Positions 1 to 13,214 of a DNA stretch of 59,080 nt are shown here, piece after piece; position 1 is the first letter of the stretch; the number at the start of each line of letters is the position of its first letter. The stretch comes from Tricharina praecox (taxonomy: Eukaryota). The stretch covers positions 124,001-183,080 of the forward strand of contig NW_026250443.1 in NCBI RefSeq assembly GCF_024521635.1. Reading direction: 5' to 3'. Position numbers and translations under genes: made by a program. The notes below the pieces were generated by a model. The model was given only the letters and a program-made list of their open reading frames with translations. It was not told the origin of the DNA and searched no databases.

Positions 1-514
1 AGAGAACCATCGCGAGCGACAAGAAGACGATCAGAATGACGATGCCGAAGTTCTTGCTGACGCGCGCGCCGCGGAAGACGGGAGACGCAAGGGTGAACGG
101 CGAGCTGGCGGCGTAGCGGCGGATGGACATCGATGCGGCGTCCTGCAACAGCACGCAGTCCTTCTCGAAGGCAAGCGTCGCCATCATCAAGCAGCAGGTT
201 CCCACCTGCACGGCCATGCACGTTCGCAGGATGGCGCTGAAGATGGCGATTATCGACTTGCACCAGCCGGTATACAGGATTCTAGAGCGAACGGAGGAGG
301 GATTGTCGTTGACTGTCCATGTCCAGAGCGAAATCAGGGCGCCCACGACCAGAAATATGCCCATGGTGCTCACCAATAGCAGCGCTGGTTGCAATAAGCC
401 GAATCGCTCCCGGAGTTTGTACCACCATGAGCTTCTTGCTACGGGATGTCAGTCACAGTGGCTTTTCACGATGCAATTTGAGTATTAAGATCCCCTACGC
501 TGCGGAGTAGTCAT
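1..514 (-). CDS. Uncharacterised multi-pass membrane protein, 5' part (runs off window start); paralogue of 52112..54279
   Basis: ATG at 514 and a phase-1 intron 439-498 (GTAGGG...ACTGAC...TAG), then an open frame: MTTPQPRSSWWYKLRERFGLLQPALLLVSTMG...LRTCMAVQVGTCCLMMATLAFEKDCVLLQDAASMSI...RGARVSKNFG. It aligns closely with the N-terminus of the 52 kb gene. Confidence 0.85.
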
Positions 515-2326
515 ATCGGTGGCGATACTATGGTGGGGGTTATTTTTAGGTTGCTACGTCTGCAACACTGATGCTTGGCCGGCGAAGTGGATGGTGAAGC
601 GGAAGCCTTGAATGGATGGCAGAATCAAAAGACGAAAATGCCAAAGTTAAGAGAGGCAGTTAACGCGTGTGTATAGAAGAATAGGATAATTGCTTTGGAA
701 GGGGAAGCCTATTCGGTGAGACTGAAAGCAACACCGAGTGCCCGAACGATATCGATGGAAAGTTATTAGCAGGATGGGCAGTGGGGAAGATATTGATGGC
801 GGTGGGATGAGGCTCCAAGGACCTCCGAAGCGCAGTCAGCATGGTACAGTCCCAACTAAGCTGGTGCGGTGCAATCTCAGCCCAACGCGGACCAGCTGAG
901 CTGGTGAAGTGATAATTTTGCCCGGTCGGCAGCTCGATGAGTCCAAGTCGGTGGTGGCGGACCAGATGCCATATGGCTACTCTGGGGTACACTGCACATT
1001 GAAACATGGATGCTACAAACGGGATCCTCGTCGGAGTGATGCGCTGGTATCATTGTATGGTTGCTGTCACAATGTCCCGTTCTCCTGTGGCCCTTTACTG
1101 GATGATTTCCGAGTCTGTCTCGAGCTGGTGCATTGTGCTTTTACTCTCTGGGAATCCGCTTTTCTCGGCATTTGTTCCCAATTCACTATGCCACGGTGAC
1201 CATCATCGTTGGTATGCACGCACACACGAATCAGTTCGATATGATTCGCAGCGACAAGTCAATGGGTGTCTTGCGTCAGCTCTGCGTTTGCCGCTACCTG
1301 ACAGTCCTGTCGCGTGCGGGGGTGCTGGAAAAGCTCTTTCGGCTGTCGTGTCAAAGAACGTGTGCGATGTAGGGCGCTAGAGGCTCGTGGTAGTCAATCG
1401 GGTTTGACCGCGCGGAGAACCGCTGGCACGGCCAAGCATGGCTCTCCCAGTGCCAAGCTTCCAGCGACGGGTCATCACGGCCCTAATTCGTGAGACGGGA
1501 AATGATTCCGATGCAACCGGGCCCTGCGTCGGCAGGACATTATTTACATTTTTTATGGAATAAATTTCAGCTGTCATCGTGTCCGTCCCTGTATGCACTT
1601 CGTTAATACTGATGGCGCGTGCGGTAGGTTCGAAGCGAAGGTTAGAACGGGTTCTCGCTTGGCTCCGAGGCATTGATCTACTCAAGGAAGATATTTGTGG
1701 CACATGTGGCTATCGAGACTCCCACGGCCAAGGCAGTAGGTAGCGCTCGAAGTACGCATCGATACAAGGTCAGTACGATTGCTTTAGTATCACCGTTCGA
1801 TTCCACCTTTCCATTCGACTTCACCTTTTCTTTCAAGATCACCCGTGTTCGCAACTTGAGAATTCACATCCCGCATGTGCTGCTACGTTGATCTTGGCGA
1901 ACGTGTATGTAGTGCACCGACTAAAAACTCGATCACCGGAGGCGAGAAGAGTCTAGATCTGCGGGCGCTCGCCATACCCAATCGTACCAATAATAAGATC
2001 CAAACATGAGACATCACCCGACTCCGCACACATGTGACTTGTTTATCTTGGCCTCGCATCTGCGTTCAACAACATGCACTTGCAATGATCTCCGCCACTG
2101 TATTTGGCGCACTTGAAGCACTACCAATAATGACTGATGTGAAACACAGCGAGTGACATCCGAAGTGAATGACGATGTGGCAAATCGAGTGAGAATCGCA
2201 ACTCACGTGTTGAGGGTTCCAAGAGGGATTGGTCTTTCTTAACCCCAACCCATCACGAAGTGTCAACATAGTAACGTTTCTATTCTTGTATATAATAGAC
2301 TATCACCGTCCATACACCCTACCATC

Positions 2327-3654
2327 TCACTCTGACGTTTGACGTTTCCGGACCTTCCCTTCGCCCCTCTTACTTCCAACACCGCCAGGAAGATCGCCAT
2401 AATAGAGTCCCACAATCTCCCGCAGGAGATACCACACGAGGCCACCTTTATACGCCCATGCCCTGGGGTAGCAACGGCCAGACGTCCCTTTAGTGTAGGT
2501 AGCTAACTCCTCCTCCGTTGCGTAGATTGTAGACTTATAACCCCTCCTCCGACCATCCTGTAGATCGACTATATTGACATGCAAATCCAAAATAGTCTGT
2601 CCGCTTTTAGAAAACCCCCAAATTTCTTATGCAAGGGTAAAAACCATACCTGACGCCTCGCCTCAAGTCCCTCCGGAACCGGCTCGATACCGACGGCTTC
2701 ACACAGTTTTCTCCAAGCTCCAGGATCATTCGAATCCGTACCGAATCGCAGCCCAAAGTCTGCGGCCTCCGCTGCACCGAGTAGCTTCTTCACCTCCTTC
2801 CGCTGCTTACGAGTCAACTGCCGCTCGTTACAGAGCCTCTCAAACTCGTCGCGATAGTGCGCCTCGGGATTGAGCATGAACCCGTAGTTCGCTACAAAAA
2901 GCTCCCGTATCACATCATGCAGCACGGACTCCCATTTCTCAACGCCCCTGTTCATCATGGCATTGCCAAAGAACTTTATCTGAGATGCGCGAAATACCGA
3001 CCTCGCCTCGACCATCTGGCTGCTACCAGCTGGCCAGTCGTGGAAAGTGCAGAGACGTGTGAACTCGGCTTCGTAGTTGGTGTTAGGATCGAGTGGGAAA
3101 CCGTACGAGGCGAAGAATTCTTCGATTGAATCAACTGGGACTATCTCTGTGGCAGCGGCGGTGGTGGTGGTGGTGGTGGTGGTGGTGGTGGCAACGGCGG
3201 CGATAGTAGTGATAGGACTGTCGGTGCTGGCATTCGCTCGCAGTTCGGCGCGCTTCTTGTGCTTCGCCCCTGTTTGGTGCTGTTGGAAGCCTAAAGCAGT
3301 CCCGAATTGCCTTGTACAGTCGTGACAGAATAGCTCTTCGGCATGCAAGAGTGTCGTAGAGCTTGCGGCGGAGGTAGTGGTAGCATGGCTGAGGATACCG
3401 GCCGCCGCGTTCCGCTCGACTCGCTTTTTGTGCTTCGGCGAGATTTGGTGCTGTCGCAAGCCTGAAGGAGTGAAATGTCTGTCGCAATCGGTGCAGCACG
3501 TGCTGCTATCTGTATGTGTCTCGGCTGGTGCAGGGGTTCGCGGAATGTCCGCGGATGCGGGGAGCCCAGTAGAATACTGGCACTGCTCAATATGCCGCAT
3601 CGGGAACCAATGTTTGTCTTCGTTGTAGGATAGCCTGCCCACGACGTCAATCAT
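2327..3654 (-). CDS. Protein with two C2H2 (U1/matrin/jaz-type) zinc fingers, a poly-Thr linker and a fungal C-terminal domain of unknown function
   Basis: Zinc fingers CTDCDRHF..LRQHQISPKHKKR and CHDCTRQF..FQQHQTGAKHKKR. Intron 2597-2649 (GTATGG...CAG) joins ORF 2569..3654 in frame to ORF 2327..2590 (..RRQ|TILDLHVNIVDL..YLLREI). A possible extra upstream exon starts at ATG 3892 via a 40-nt intron 3658-3697 (uncertain). Confidence 0.8.
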
Positions 3655-4035
3655 GGCCTAGTTGTGGCGGTCATACGGGACGGAGAGGGCTTCACACCCT
3701 TGAAGACGATGTCGCGGGTTCGCCGAAAGTTGCTCGTTTTGGTCGTTTTGGCCGTTTACCCCCGTTACTATCGACAAGCAAGCGAATGCTGCAGAGGCGC
3801 CGGAAGTGTGGGGCAGCCGTGAAACGTGGCTGCAGCACAGCGTGAAGGAGGAGGCCCAGTTTGCATGCGCGGAAGTAATGGACGGTGTTCATGATTGTGT
3901 GGTGTGCAATGGAGGATGTAGGCGTGTATGGGAGATGGAGGTTTTCTCCGGTTGGTCTTTGTCTCCCAGCCTCGCTCGTTTTTTGTTCACCAATCATGAG
4001 CTCTGGATCTCAAATATCCCTTCTTGGGATGAGGT

Positions 4036-4121
4036 TCTCGCCGGTCAAGCAATGAGAACATCTCGCCGGTCGAGGATTATGATGATCTCGCCGGTCGAGG
4101 AATGTAAAAATCTCGCCGGTC
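4036..4121. repeat. Four copies of TCTCGCCGGTC at an exact 25-bp period
   Basis: Core at 4036, 4061, 4086 and 4111, with diverged 14-bp linkers. Confidence 0.85.
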
Positions 4122-4641
4122 AGGGACTGCGAACATCCACGGGTGCAGGAAATATCAAAGTATACGCGAATACCACCACATCGCAACTCGTACATCCATA
4201 ATCATCACCAAATGTAGACGCACATAAGTGTGGGCAATTATCACTACACTCCAGCAGGAGATTGAGAAAACGCAAGTATTCCGAAAAGATCCCGTCTAAT
4301 CCAAAGTGATGTTTCGCCAAATCGTGGTGTCAATTCCGGTTGGATGTTTTCTTTGAAGCGTCTTCAGGTATGGCAAATATTATCCAGCAGATGTATCTGC
4401 TATTCACGGTAATTGAGGTGAGCAGTTTAGTGGTAGGAACCGTTTGATTTGAATTGACGGGATCTTGGACGAAGGAATAGCCTGGAAGCACTAGAATCGG
4501 TCGGTCCGCAGTGCCCATGGCGAGCCACGGTCGATATCAGGTTAACCTGGAGAGGAAGACAGTGACACATGCCGATAGCACGGAGGGTTCAGCTATCGAA
4601 TGTGAAGGTATTTGGTGGGTAGTAGCACTGCTGCTGACCTG

Positions 4642-5200
4642 CCGTGTTAAAAAGTGGCTGAGCTGGGACGGGGTTCATAAACGCGCGTAGTAACCTTACA
4701 ACACGGAAAAAAGCCCCGCGTGGCCCAGTGGTCACGCACCCGGCAGAGTTGGCATGGACAGCTGACCATATATCGGGGTTTCCAAGCCCCCCACCGGGGG
4801 TGGTGAAGTTTTTGGTTCGAGCCACGGTTCGGTTTTTGTTTTGTTAGATCATCATCTCGTTCGGCGTTAGTATGTCATGGCAGATTGCCTGTCTGTTTCC
4901 ACTCAGCTGTCATCGCCTTCTGGTCACCAGCTCGATGCCGGTTCCCTGTTGCTTTCCGCCCAGCTTTCCCTCCGGGCCAAGCTACAATTTTGCATCCGAT
5001 CGCATACCCTCAGTTGTCTGATCCCGAGTCGTCTGCTATCGTCTTCTGATTCTTCTATCTCATCATCTACCGAATATGTGATCACGCTCACTCCTCCTCT
5101 TTCTTCTGCGTACGCTCTCCTTTCGATATTACCTCCGGCCCTGGATAGGTATTGACGAAAAGCTCGCGCAAAAATAGCAATAACATTGATGGCGTCGTAC
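4642..5200 (+). mobile_element. Decayed dispersed repeat, probable hAT-type element end (inverted homologue at ~46600..47165)
   Basis: Shares colinear blocks with the reverse complement of 46600-47165 (GGGGTTTCCA, CCACCGGGGGTGGTGAAG, CATCCGATCGCATACC, TCTCATCATCTACCGAATA). It starts CCGTGTT where the other copy starts CAGTGTT. Confidence 0.65.
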
Positions 5201-6245
5201 CGGGGGCAGCCGGGTGCGCCATTGTGCCACGACCCACGTTCAGGGACCTTTGCGTCATTTCCGTTTTTTGGCGGCATCAATGCTAAATAGTCGAACACTG
5301 CCGTGGATGCCGTTCCCCCTACCTGCTTACCTCGGCAGGGAGATCGTGTCTCCTGACGGCCTGTGATCCTACTACAGCCGGTACGGATTGTCCTCCTTTG
5401 CCGTCCCACAGTATCATGTCTGACTCGCCGTGGAGACACCACAATCGTCGCCGCCATTCGCTGTCCAACAGACCAGTGTCTTCCTTCAGCCGGTGCGCCT
5501 TTTCCTACTAGTGTGATAAAATCACAAACTGCCGTGTACCGAATCTTACGAGATCACTCTCTGTTTCTCGAGACTTCCAGTATCGGTTCTCAGAGGAGGT
5601 GGCGAGGGGCCTCTATCCGAGGCATCCCCGCCTCCTTCTACATCTTGATTTCTTCCGGCTATGTTTTATACACTGTACACTACTTAAAATCACACGTTTC
5701 TCGATAACTAGGACACCTTAGGCTTTCGAGTGAGTTGTGTTGACCGAGTGCGGTGATAGGTGCCGGGCGCCGAATGGCGAACCGTCAGGCCTTGTCCGGA
5801 TACATCTATATAGAGAACCCGTGCTATGACGAAAGGGATAATCAACAGTCTTTCTGTCTCTCTACTCGTATATTTCACATCCGGCATACCAGAAATAGCA
5901 CTGGAGTGGACGATCCATGTCAAAATGCTCGCCGGTCACCCGAAGCGGCTGTGCCGCTGCGGGGTAACGCAAATATCCATCACAGATTCACAGTGAACCT
6001 CGATGCGCAAAGGATAGTCGATCCAACTATATTTCCCCACCCACGCAATGGCTGCGGACAGGCGCCGTCACCGTGAGCGGGGTATGGTGCTCGAGAGGGA
6101 AGCAGCGGTCTTAAACCCCCACTGCCGCACTCGAGCGACGTGCTCATTTGGTTCCAGCATTGCCGGCGGTGCGGTCAATACATTCACAGCGATCTAAACC
6201 TGCAAATCCTTCGTAGTACATACCAACCTTCACTCTCCTCCGACC

Positions 6246-6594
6246 ATGGCGAAGAAGTACGCGAAAGGCCAAAGCGTCAGCTACACCGACAGTAAGTCCC
6301 CCCACTACTAAACATTCACTGCCATAACGTCGCGACGTTCAGGATCCTGATTGCGGCATGGACAGAGGGGGGCAAAACCTTCCACGGAGAAGTCAAAGCC
6401 GTCATGAGCGACGGCAGGTATTCTGTAAGTTGCGGGTCGACCAGTGGGATCCATCCCAGCATAATGTGTATGTACATACTTACACTCATCGGAAAATTCA
6501 GGTTCAGCCCACGACCACGGCAAAGGGCCAGACGATAGTCCTTCCCGCCGGCCGGCTGGCTCTGAATCCGTATCCGGGGGCGAAAGCGAAATAG
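6246..6594 (+). CDS. Small basic 65-aa protein, possible SH3/Tudor/KOW-like beta-barrel
   Basis: Exons 6246-6291, 6366-6424 and 6502-6594, with GTAAGT donors and CAG acceptors, give MAKKYAKGQSVSYTDKGGKTFHGEVKAVMSDGRYSVQPTTTAKGQTIVLPAGRLALNPYPGAKAK*. Kozak-like ACCATGG start. The fold is inference. Confidence 0.7.
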
Positions 6595-7830
6595 TTTCGG
6601 ACGTGCCGCGGTCGAGCCCGGCTCAAGCGTCGGTGGTATCATAGCATAGGGCAAAATTGTGATCGTTTTCATCATGCTTCGTTTTCTTGCCTGGCTTGTC
6701 CTGTCGTTACCTGACTGTTGAATGAGATGTTGGAACACTCACCGTGAGGGGTAGTCATGCGCAACAAGATCTGCCGTTGAAAGGGAATTGTCGGGGAACT
6801 GAATCATTTTCGCAACTCAACGAAAATACAAAACTACCTGCCGTGATAGTAGAGGGCTCGGGATGATTCCAGTCGCCATTCCACGCCGGTGATGTCAATT
6901 CATTAAAATTTTATGCTGCTGTACTAGACGTTGTGACACCACCAGGAGGCTCTACTTTCCCTGGAAATCTAGTTTTCGCATTAGTTGGATGGGTGTGGCA
7001 GAAGCGTGGAGGCTCTGGTGTCGGTGTATTCTCTTTGCTAGTAGAGGAGTTTAAAATCTCTGCGTGGAGTGACATCATCCAAAACACTTAAGCACTCATT
7101 CAAAATGTCCAAGTGAGGCATGAGTCTTGAGTAGAGCAAGACGGGAACAATTGTTATTTCAAATATTGACCGAGACACGGTGCAATTAGCATTTTACCCG
7201 TCTCCGAGTATACGTCATCACCATCACTCGGTCTGATATCCCAACTCCGTCTGTCGTTAACCTCAACTATCACTCGTTTCTGAACACTCGAGGAGATTTC
7301 AGAAAATTCCGTCACCACACAGTTAGTCCGCTAGTTTGTGCCTCACAATCGCGGGCTAGCTTAGATTTGCGCTGGCATGGTTTGAAGTGGATCCTACCAA
7401 TGAATAGGTCGACTGACCCTTCTAGAATGGACATCCTTCACGTTCCCCTTCAATTAGCAACACCACCAACAACCCCAGTTTTCCGCACCTTTTGCAATCA
7501 CTACACACCTATTTGGCTATTCGTACGACAAACGAATACCAATCACACCGAATCCGCCTACGAGGGATAACCAGCAAGCACCACGAACCTCTTCATGTCG
7601 ACGAACGCTCTACCGCCAACAGTTTGGCCAACTCCGGGCGAGATCTTTGCCTGTTTCGGAGACGCCAACAGATCACGCGACCAGTGGATCTATTACAGCT
7701 GTCGTCGGCGATGGTGTTTACCAGGCATGCCGGGAACGGGATATTACACATCAAGAAGCACTTACAGTAATCGCCTGGCTGAGAAACGACGTTGAGCATT
7801 AGACTGAGGAATAAGGAACTTTTGGTGAGG

Positions 7831-9059
7831 ATGAAAGAGGTCGAAGATCTCGAGAAGGAGTTGGAATCAGTCAAGGAAGCATTGAAAGTGGCTCTGAAAG
7901 GCACTTGGCATTGGAAAGATGAATACGACGATTACTTCGCCTCATTTATCGCCGGCGGCAGCCACAACGAAGAGGTTGAGAACACGGCAGACCGCCAGAT
8001 CAAACCCCAAGCACCAATCGTGCTTGGTGTACTAGTAGGCCTGGAGACGTTTCCAGAGTTTCTCGACGATGTCGAAAAATACGTCCGTGTGGTAGGGGTA
8101 GTGTGCCCTGGAGCATCGATTGACAACCAACACATCGATACTATGCGGCGCTTCCTTGACCCGAAGATTTCCGGATGGCTCGAGACACATCTACAACAAC
8201 AAGGTATCAACACCATACCACCTCCTGATTACGACTATGGAATTACATGGGCGAGCGTGCGAACCACCTTCTTGAAGCGTTTTATGCCAGCTGAAGATTT
8301 TGGGTTTGTTCGAAGGTAATTGCGTACCCTGCAGTTCAACAAATTGGATGTGCTACAGTTCAACCCGAGGGCTCTTGAATTTGTGGAAGTCCTGGGTGGT
8401 TCACCCACAATCACCTCGGAGAACCCACTGTGGCATGAGTACCTGCTGAAGCTTCCGCTGGCTCCAGAGACGACATCACAGATGACATTGAATATGCCGA
8501 AATTATGCGCCGACCAGGGAATCGTGACCCAACACTTGCAGACTTGATGGGTATTGTGGCTGACAGAACACTGGCATTCCCGCCATCTGCTCAAACAATC
8601 GACCCCAGTTATGGCCCATTGGATTTTGCCAAAATCAGAAAGGAAGCCTAGGATTATTATCGCAACACAAAGTGTAATCGCTGTGGTGCGATGGGTCATA
8701 TTGCGAGACAATGTCGAACTCGCAGGAGTGCTGAGAGGTCTTCTAGCTTTCGTTTTGAACTTTATCGTCGAAAACAGCAAAGACGTGAACACAGCCCGAA
8801 GGAAGATCGGGAAGATGAAGTTCGCCCTGGAATGGTTGACGGTGTCGATGGAAATAAGGGAAAGGTGGACTGGGGCCTCAACAGTATGGGCGTTGAGTGG
8901 CGAAGCGGTTTTACCTATCCTGGAAAGTGGTCTTGGGAGCTGGAGGGAGAGGGGTGGTCAAGTATGGAAGCCTGTTCCGGAGAGGATACGAAGACGGATG
9001 GAGGAAGGAATTCGGTGAAGCAGAAGAAGGGCGGAGTAAAGTCGGGTAAAGTCAGATAG
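7831..9059 (+). mobile_element. Disrupted Gag-like ORF of an LTR retrotransposon (no pol seen)
   Basis: Retrotransposon-gag-like ITWASVRTTFLKRF..RR*LRTLQF with an in-frame TAA at 8317-8319, a frameshift near 8490, then GPLD and a CCHC knuckle CNRCGAMGHIARQC at ~8673-8714. Confidence 0.7.
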
Positions 9060-11413
9060 TAGATGTGATACAGCGTCCCTCTACCCAGACAAAGAAAGGA
9101 AAGTGGGAAACTTTGTATCTTTAATATCTCGAGGTTGTCACCACTGGGAAGAAAAAATTGAGATTTCTTAAGATCTCACGTAAAAGTGCAAACCTCTCAT
9201 TTTGAAACCCGCCCAGAATATACCTCAAATGACCCAGGTACTTCGAAATTCGAATCTTCACATCCCGTTGTAAAACACTAAAACCGCACATTGTAGCCTG
9301 CTCTCGCTCGCTTATCTGCCCGAGAGAATGTTGGTTGTCGGGTCGTATCGGGTCAGGCCGTGCTCGCCACCAACCCCCCCGCCATCCCAGCCCAACGTGA
9401 CGGCACTGCTGTACTCTATAGTACCGGTTTGCCGTCGTACCGATCGCAGAACCTTCGGAATCCGGTGACATACCTGTCACAATCGGTGTGGTGATGGCGG
9501 CCGAAACACCATAGTTAAGGTAGCCATGGCTAGCGAGTGCGAGTGCAAATATAGCCGGGTGCCGACTGGTGTCTGTCAACCAACGTGGTGGGGTAGAATG
9601 ATCGATCTGATAAGATCCAAAGATGCGATAAGATGCCCATCCCATTAGTCCTCGACATAGCCTGTCACGTCGCTAAGTGCGTGTGTCAAGTCGGGCGGCG
9701 CGGTAACCTTTACCGACACTCGTTTGTTATATAGGAAGGATGCAAAGATCAAGAAAGTAACGTTCGGCTGACACGCCGACCATCATTCTCCTTTGACTGT
9801 GTGAGATCGGATTGAAAGAGCACCAGGTAGTTATGTCGTCCACCTGCTACTAAAGCGCGCAACCCGCTTGGATGCGGCGGGCCCACAACCGACTGAAATG
9901 GTCCGTGTCTGCATCCAAATCGGGCGCAGCGACCGATAAGCGTCCCTATTAGCAGGTAGGTGAGTGGGAAGGCAAGCACGTAATCCCGTCCCATGTGGCG
10001 ACCAAGCCGTATCGGTACAAGCAACGTGGCGATTGCGGGCTGGGTGTGGCGCCATGATGTGGACGGACTGCATGTGTGTCGCGCGTTTGCACATAATCTA
10101 AGCGGAAGGGCAGGGTTGACAGTTGCGTTGATCGCAAATCCCGGCAACGAATAGTGCCGAGACAGCAGCGGCAAACGTCCCGCACCGATTGTTGGGTGAT
10201 ACGCGGAATAGAAGAAGGTGTCTAGTAAATATGGTATGTACTCTGGCCAAGTGCGGCAGTATCGCGGATTACTTGCCGCCACGTAGGGTCCCGTTCTTCT
10301 GGCTGAAGAACGAGTTCATCCCGTCTATACCAATAGCGTCCACTGCAGCAAGGCATAGCCGGTTTCCGGCGGCAAAGCAGACTGAGCGTGCCTTCTGCAT
10401 TTCTACCAGCAGTCGCGCAAATGTACTGTGCAGGTCCGTCGCAGAAACGCTGTCGCGGCCGAGACAATGCATTCCGCGCAGACCCGATTGGAGGTGGAAG
10501 TGTGCGAATCCGCAGCCAGGGTGATTAGCCGCGCATACAGGCTACAGCCACGTACACGGACACGAAAATCTGCACCACGTACGGCGGCACCGCAGAAACA
10601 TGCACATATCGCAAACGGCGTTGCGCTCGGATAGGAGGGTAGGTGTGCTGCTGATCGGCGCGTTCCTTCCTGTCTTGAACCGTGTCAGCAGCAGCAACAG
10701 CCGACGCGCGGTATCTACTGTACAGGCACTGCATCCAGTATGTGCAATTTAGAGTACATATAGGTACCCATCCTAATTGGCGTTTCCGTCCCTCGGGGCC
10801 AGTTTTCGAGTGTTGATTTTCCGGGGTGGGTCAGCGCTCGGATAGAACCGGTTTCGACAACTGCTTTTGCCTGTCCGCTGGTTGTCGTCGTCGCTGATTC
10901 TGACTGTCGCGGAAGCCTGTGAGAAGCATTCTATGTGGTATAAAATCGCATGCGGTGGTATCAGCGTTGGGGCATCATGCACGCGAGGCTAGGTACCCAT
11001 CCGGCAGTTGAAAGTCAGCCCACGCCATGCGGGGTACGGCTACCCGCGGTAATAGGCCGCGTGGTGATGGTGGTGGCTGGTGGTGATTGTGGCTGGTGGT
11101 GGTGTGCCGGTGGTGCCAGAACTCACTCCGTTACCGATGTCTGTTTCCCGTAGAGTGTCCCGTCAATACGGCCCAATCGGTGGCCCCCCCTGCAGGTACA
11201 GACTTTCCATGGTTCCCCGGCAGTGTCTCTTTACCCATCACCCCCATCACCCCCATCATCCTCCGCCATCCCCTCTATATATACGTTGTTACCGCCGTGT
11301 CGTTCAACTCTGTTCTCACTTGTCAGTCTGGATCTCCTGCAAACTGCCCGATACTCGAATCCCTTCCATTCCCCGCACCTGACAATCCAACTACGCACAA
11401 CCTGCTCTCAGTC

Positions 11414-12853
11414 ATGGCAACCACAGTAGAAGCCCTCGATCACGCACCGGTATGTCTCCCCCGTCGGGAATCTGAGGTGTCCGCACCTTTCGTGGCGCTG
11501 ATTTTCCCCAGTTGGAAGTCGACACCGATCCAGAATTCTCGTCGTCAGACTACTCCTCGAGCCTGTACGTTGTCACCTAACCTCGGGGCCCTACGATGGG
11601 ACGACAACTGACACGCGCTGCAGCGAGAGTTCCACTCACAGCATAACCTCGTCCATCGTCGACTACGTATACGAGAATGGTCGCCGCTATCACCGATTGC
11701 AGGAGGGTAAGTACCTGTTGCCCAACGACGAGACGGAGCAAGACCGGTCGGTAATTCCAGTGCATCTCCGAGTATCTACAGCATCGCTAAACCCGTTGCC
11801 GCTGCAGTCTCGATATGTACCACCACCTGCAGCTACTGCTCCTCAAGGGCGCTCTCTTCGTCGCTCCCATCGGCGATAACCCCCAGCACATCCTCGACTG
11901 CGGCACCGGCACGGGAATCTGGGCACTAGATGCCGGAGAGCTCTACCCAATGGCGGAAGTCGTCGGTGTGGATCTGAGCCCCATCCAGCCCGAGTGGGTT
12001 GTCCCCAACGTCCGTTTTGAAGTCGACGATCTCGAGATGGACTGGACCTTCCGCAAGGTATGTTCTTCACGTGAACTTAGCTGCCATGCCCCCGACCACC
12101 GACTGACCAACTCCCACAGGACTACTTTGACTTCATCCACTCTCGCAACGTCGCGCAAAGTATCCGCGACTGGCCGAAATATTTGGAGCAGATGTACCGG
12201 TTCGTCTTTACTGACACGCTCTCGCCCCCGAGCACTCGGCTGACACGTGCGCGGTAGACACACAAAGCCCGGCGGCTACGTCGAGCTGGCCGAGATCGGC
12301 CTGCACTCGTACTGCGACGACAACTCTTACAAGGGCTCTGCGCTGGAGACGTACATCGTGAGCTTCGTGAAGGCGATCGAGATCGCCAGCCTGATGCAGC
12401 CGACGGGCGACGCGCTCAAGAAGATAGTCGAGGCGGCGGGGTTCGTCGATGTCACTGTAACTATCCCTTCCCCCCTATCCCCTCCCAACCTCCCTGCCCC
12501 ACCGACATCCACTGAAGTCTCCGGTGCCACTACTAGATAAAACAGTTTAAGCAGCCCTGGGGCGGCTGGCCCAAGAACTCGGAGATGAAGCGCGCGGGGT
12601 TCATCGTCTCGCTCAACAGCGCAACCGGCTTCGAGTCCTACGGCATGGCGCCGATGACCCGCTTCCTCGGCCTCAGCACAGATGAGGTCCTCACCATGTG
12701 CAAGAACGCCCAGGCCGATGTCGAGAGCAGGAAGGTTCATGCTTATCAGGTCATGTATGTATCCTCCCTCCCGAGGACGCCCAGTAGGAAGCGACACGCT
12801 AACGGAATAGGTGGCACGTCCTGGGAAGGAAACCGGAGAAGGTCCGGAAGTAG
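11414..12853 (+). CDS. LaeA-like SAM-dependent methyltransferase (Methyltransf_23 type), 8 exons
   Basis: Motifs YENGRRYH, YLLPNDETEQDRLD, ILDCGTGTGIWA, GVDLSPIQPEW, FEVDD, FDFIHSR, KPGGYVE, WPKN and GRKPE. Seven GT-AG introns restore one frame. Confidence 0.92.
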
Positions 12854-13214
12854 GTGGGCACTGTGCACTGCGGATTCCGTGGAGGAGTGGCTGTGTGGGT
12901 GCCTGGACCGACGGAAGGCTGTTGGATGTGTACATAGATTATGAAGTTCCGATTGATGGTTATCATTGAGCTACGGATTTGGCGCTTCCGGTTGACACTC
13001 TTGATATCGACGGCTCGAACTGGTTGCCCATGCCCATGCCCATGCTCGAGCCATCGATAGGAAACGCACCTGAATGTCTGGCCAAGTTAGCTGCTTCAGA
13101 ATCTGTATTAACGGGAAAGACGCGCAGTATATAGCGCACGAATGTTCGGCGGCCGCTGTCCTGTCGTCTGCCCCGGCGATGAGGGGATCACGTCTGGATA
13201 CATAAGTACTCGTA

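Noticed and set aside
6366..6390. GGKTF in the 65-aa protein matching the NLR N-terminal motif
   Set aside because: A five-residue match in a different context; likely chance.
6930..9300. LTR pair around the Gag relic
   Set aside because: No matching direct repeats could be aligned by eye.
9300..10700. Decayed membrane-protein gene on the minus strand
   Set aside because: Hydrophobic patches, but no recognisable family or consistent frame.
10761..11002. 13-bp direct repeat TAGGTACCCATCC as a TSD
   Set aside because: No TIR or tail between the copies, and TAGGTA-type words recur throughout the window.
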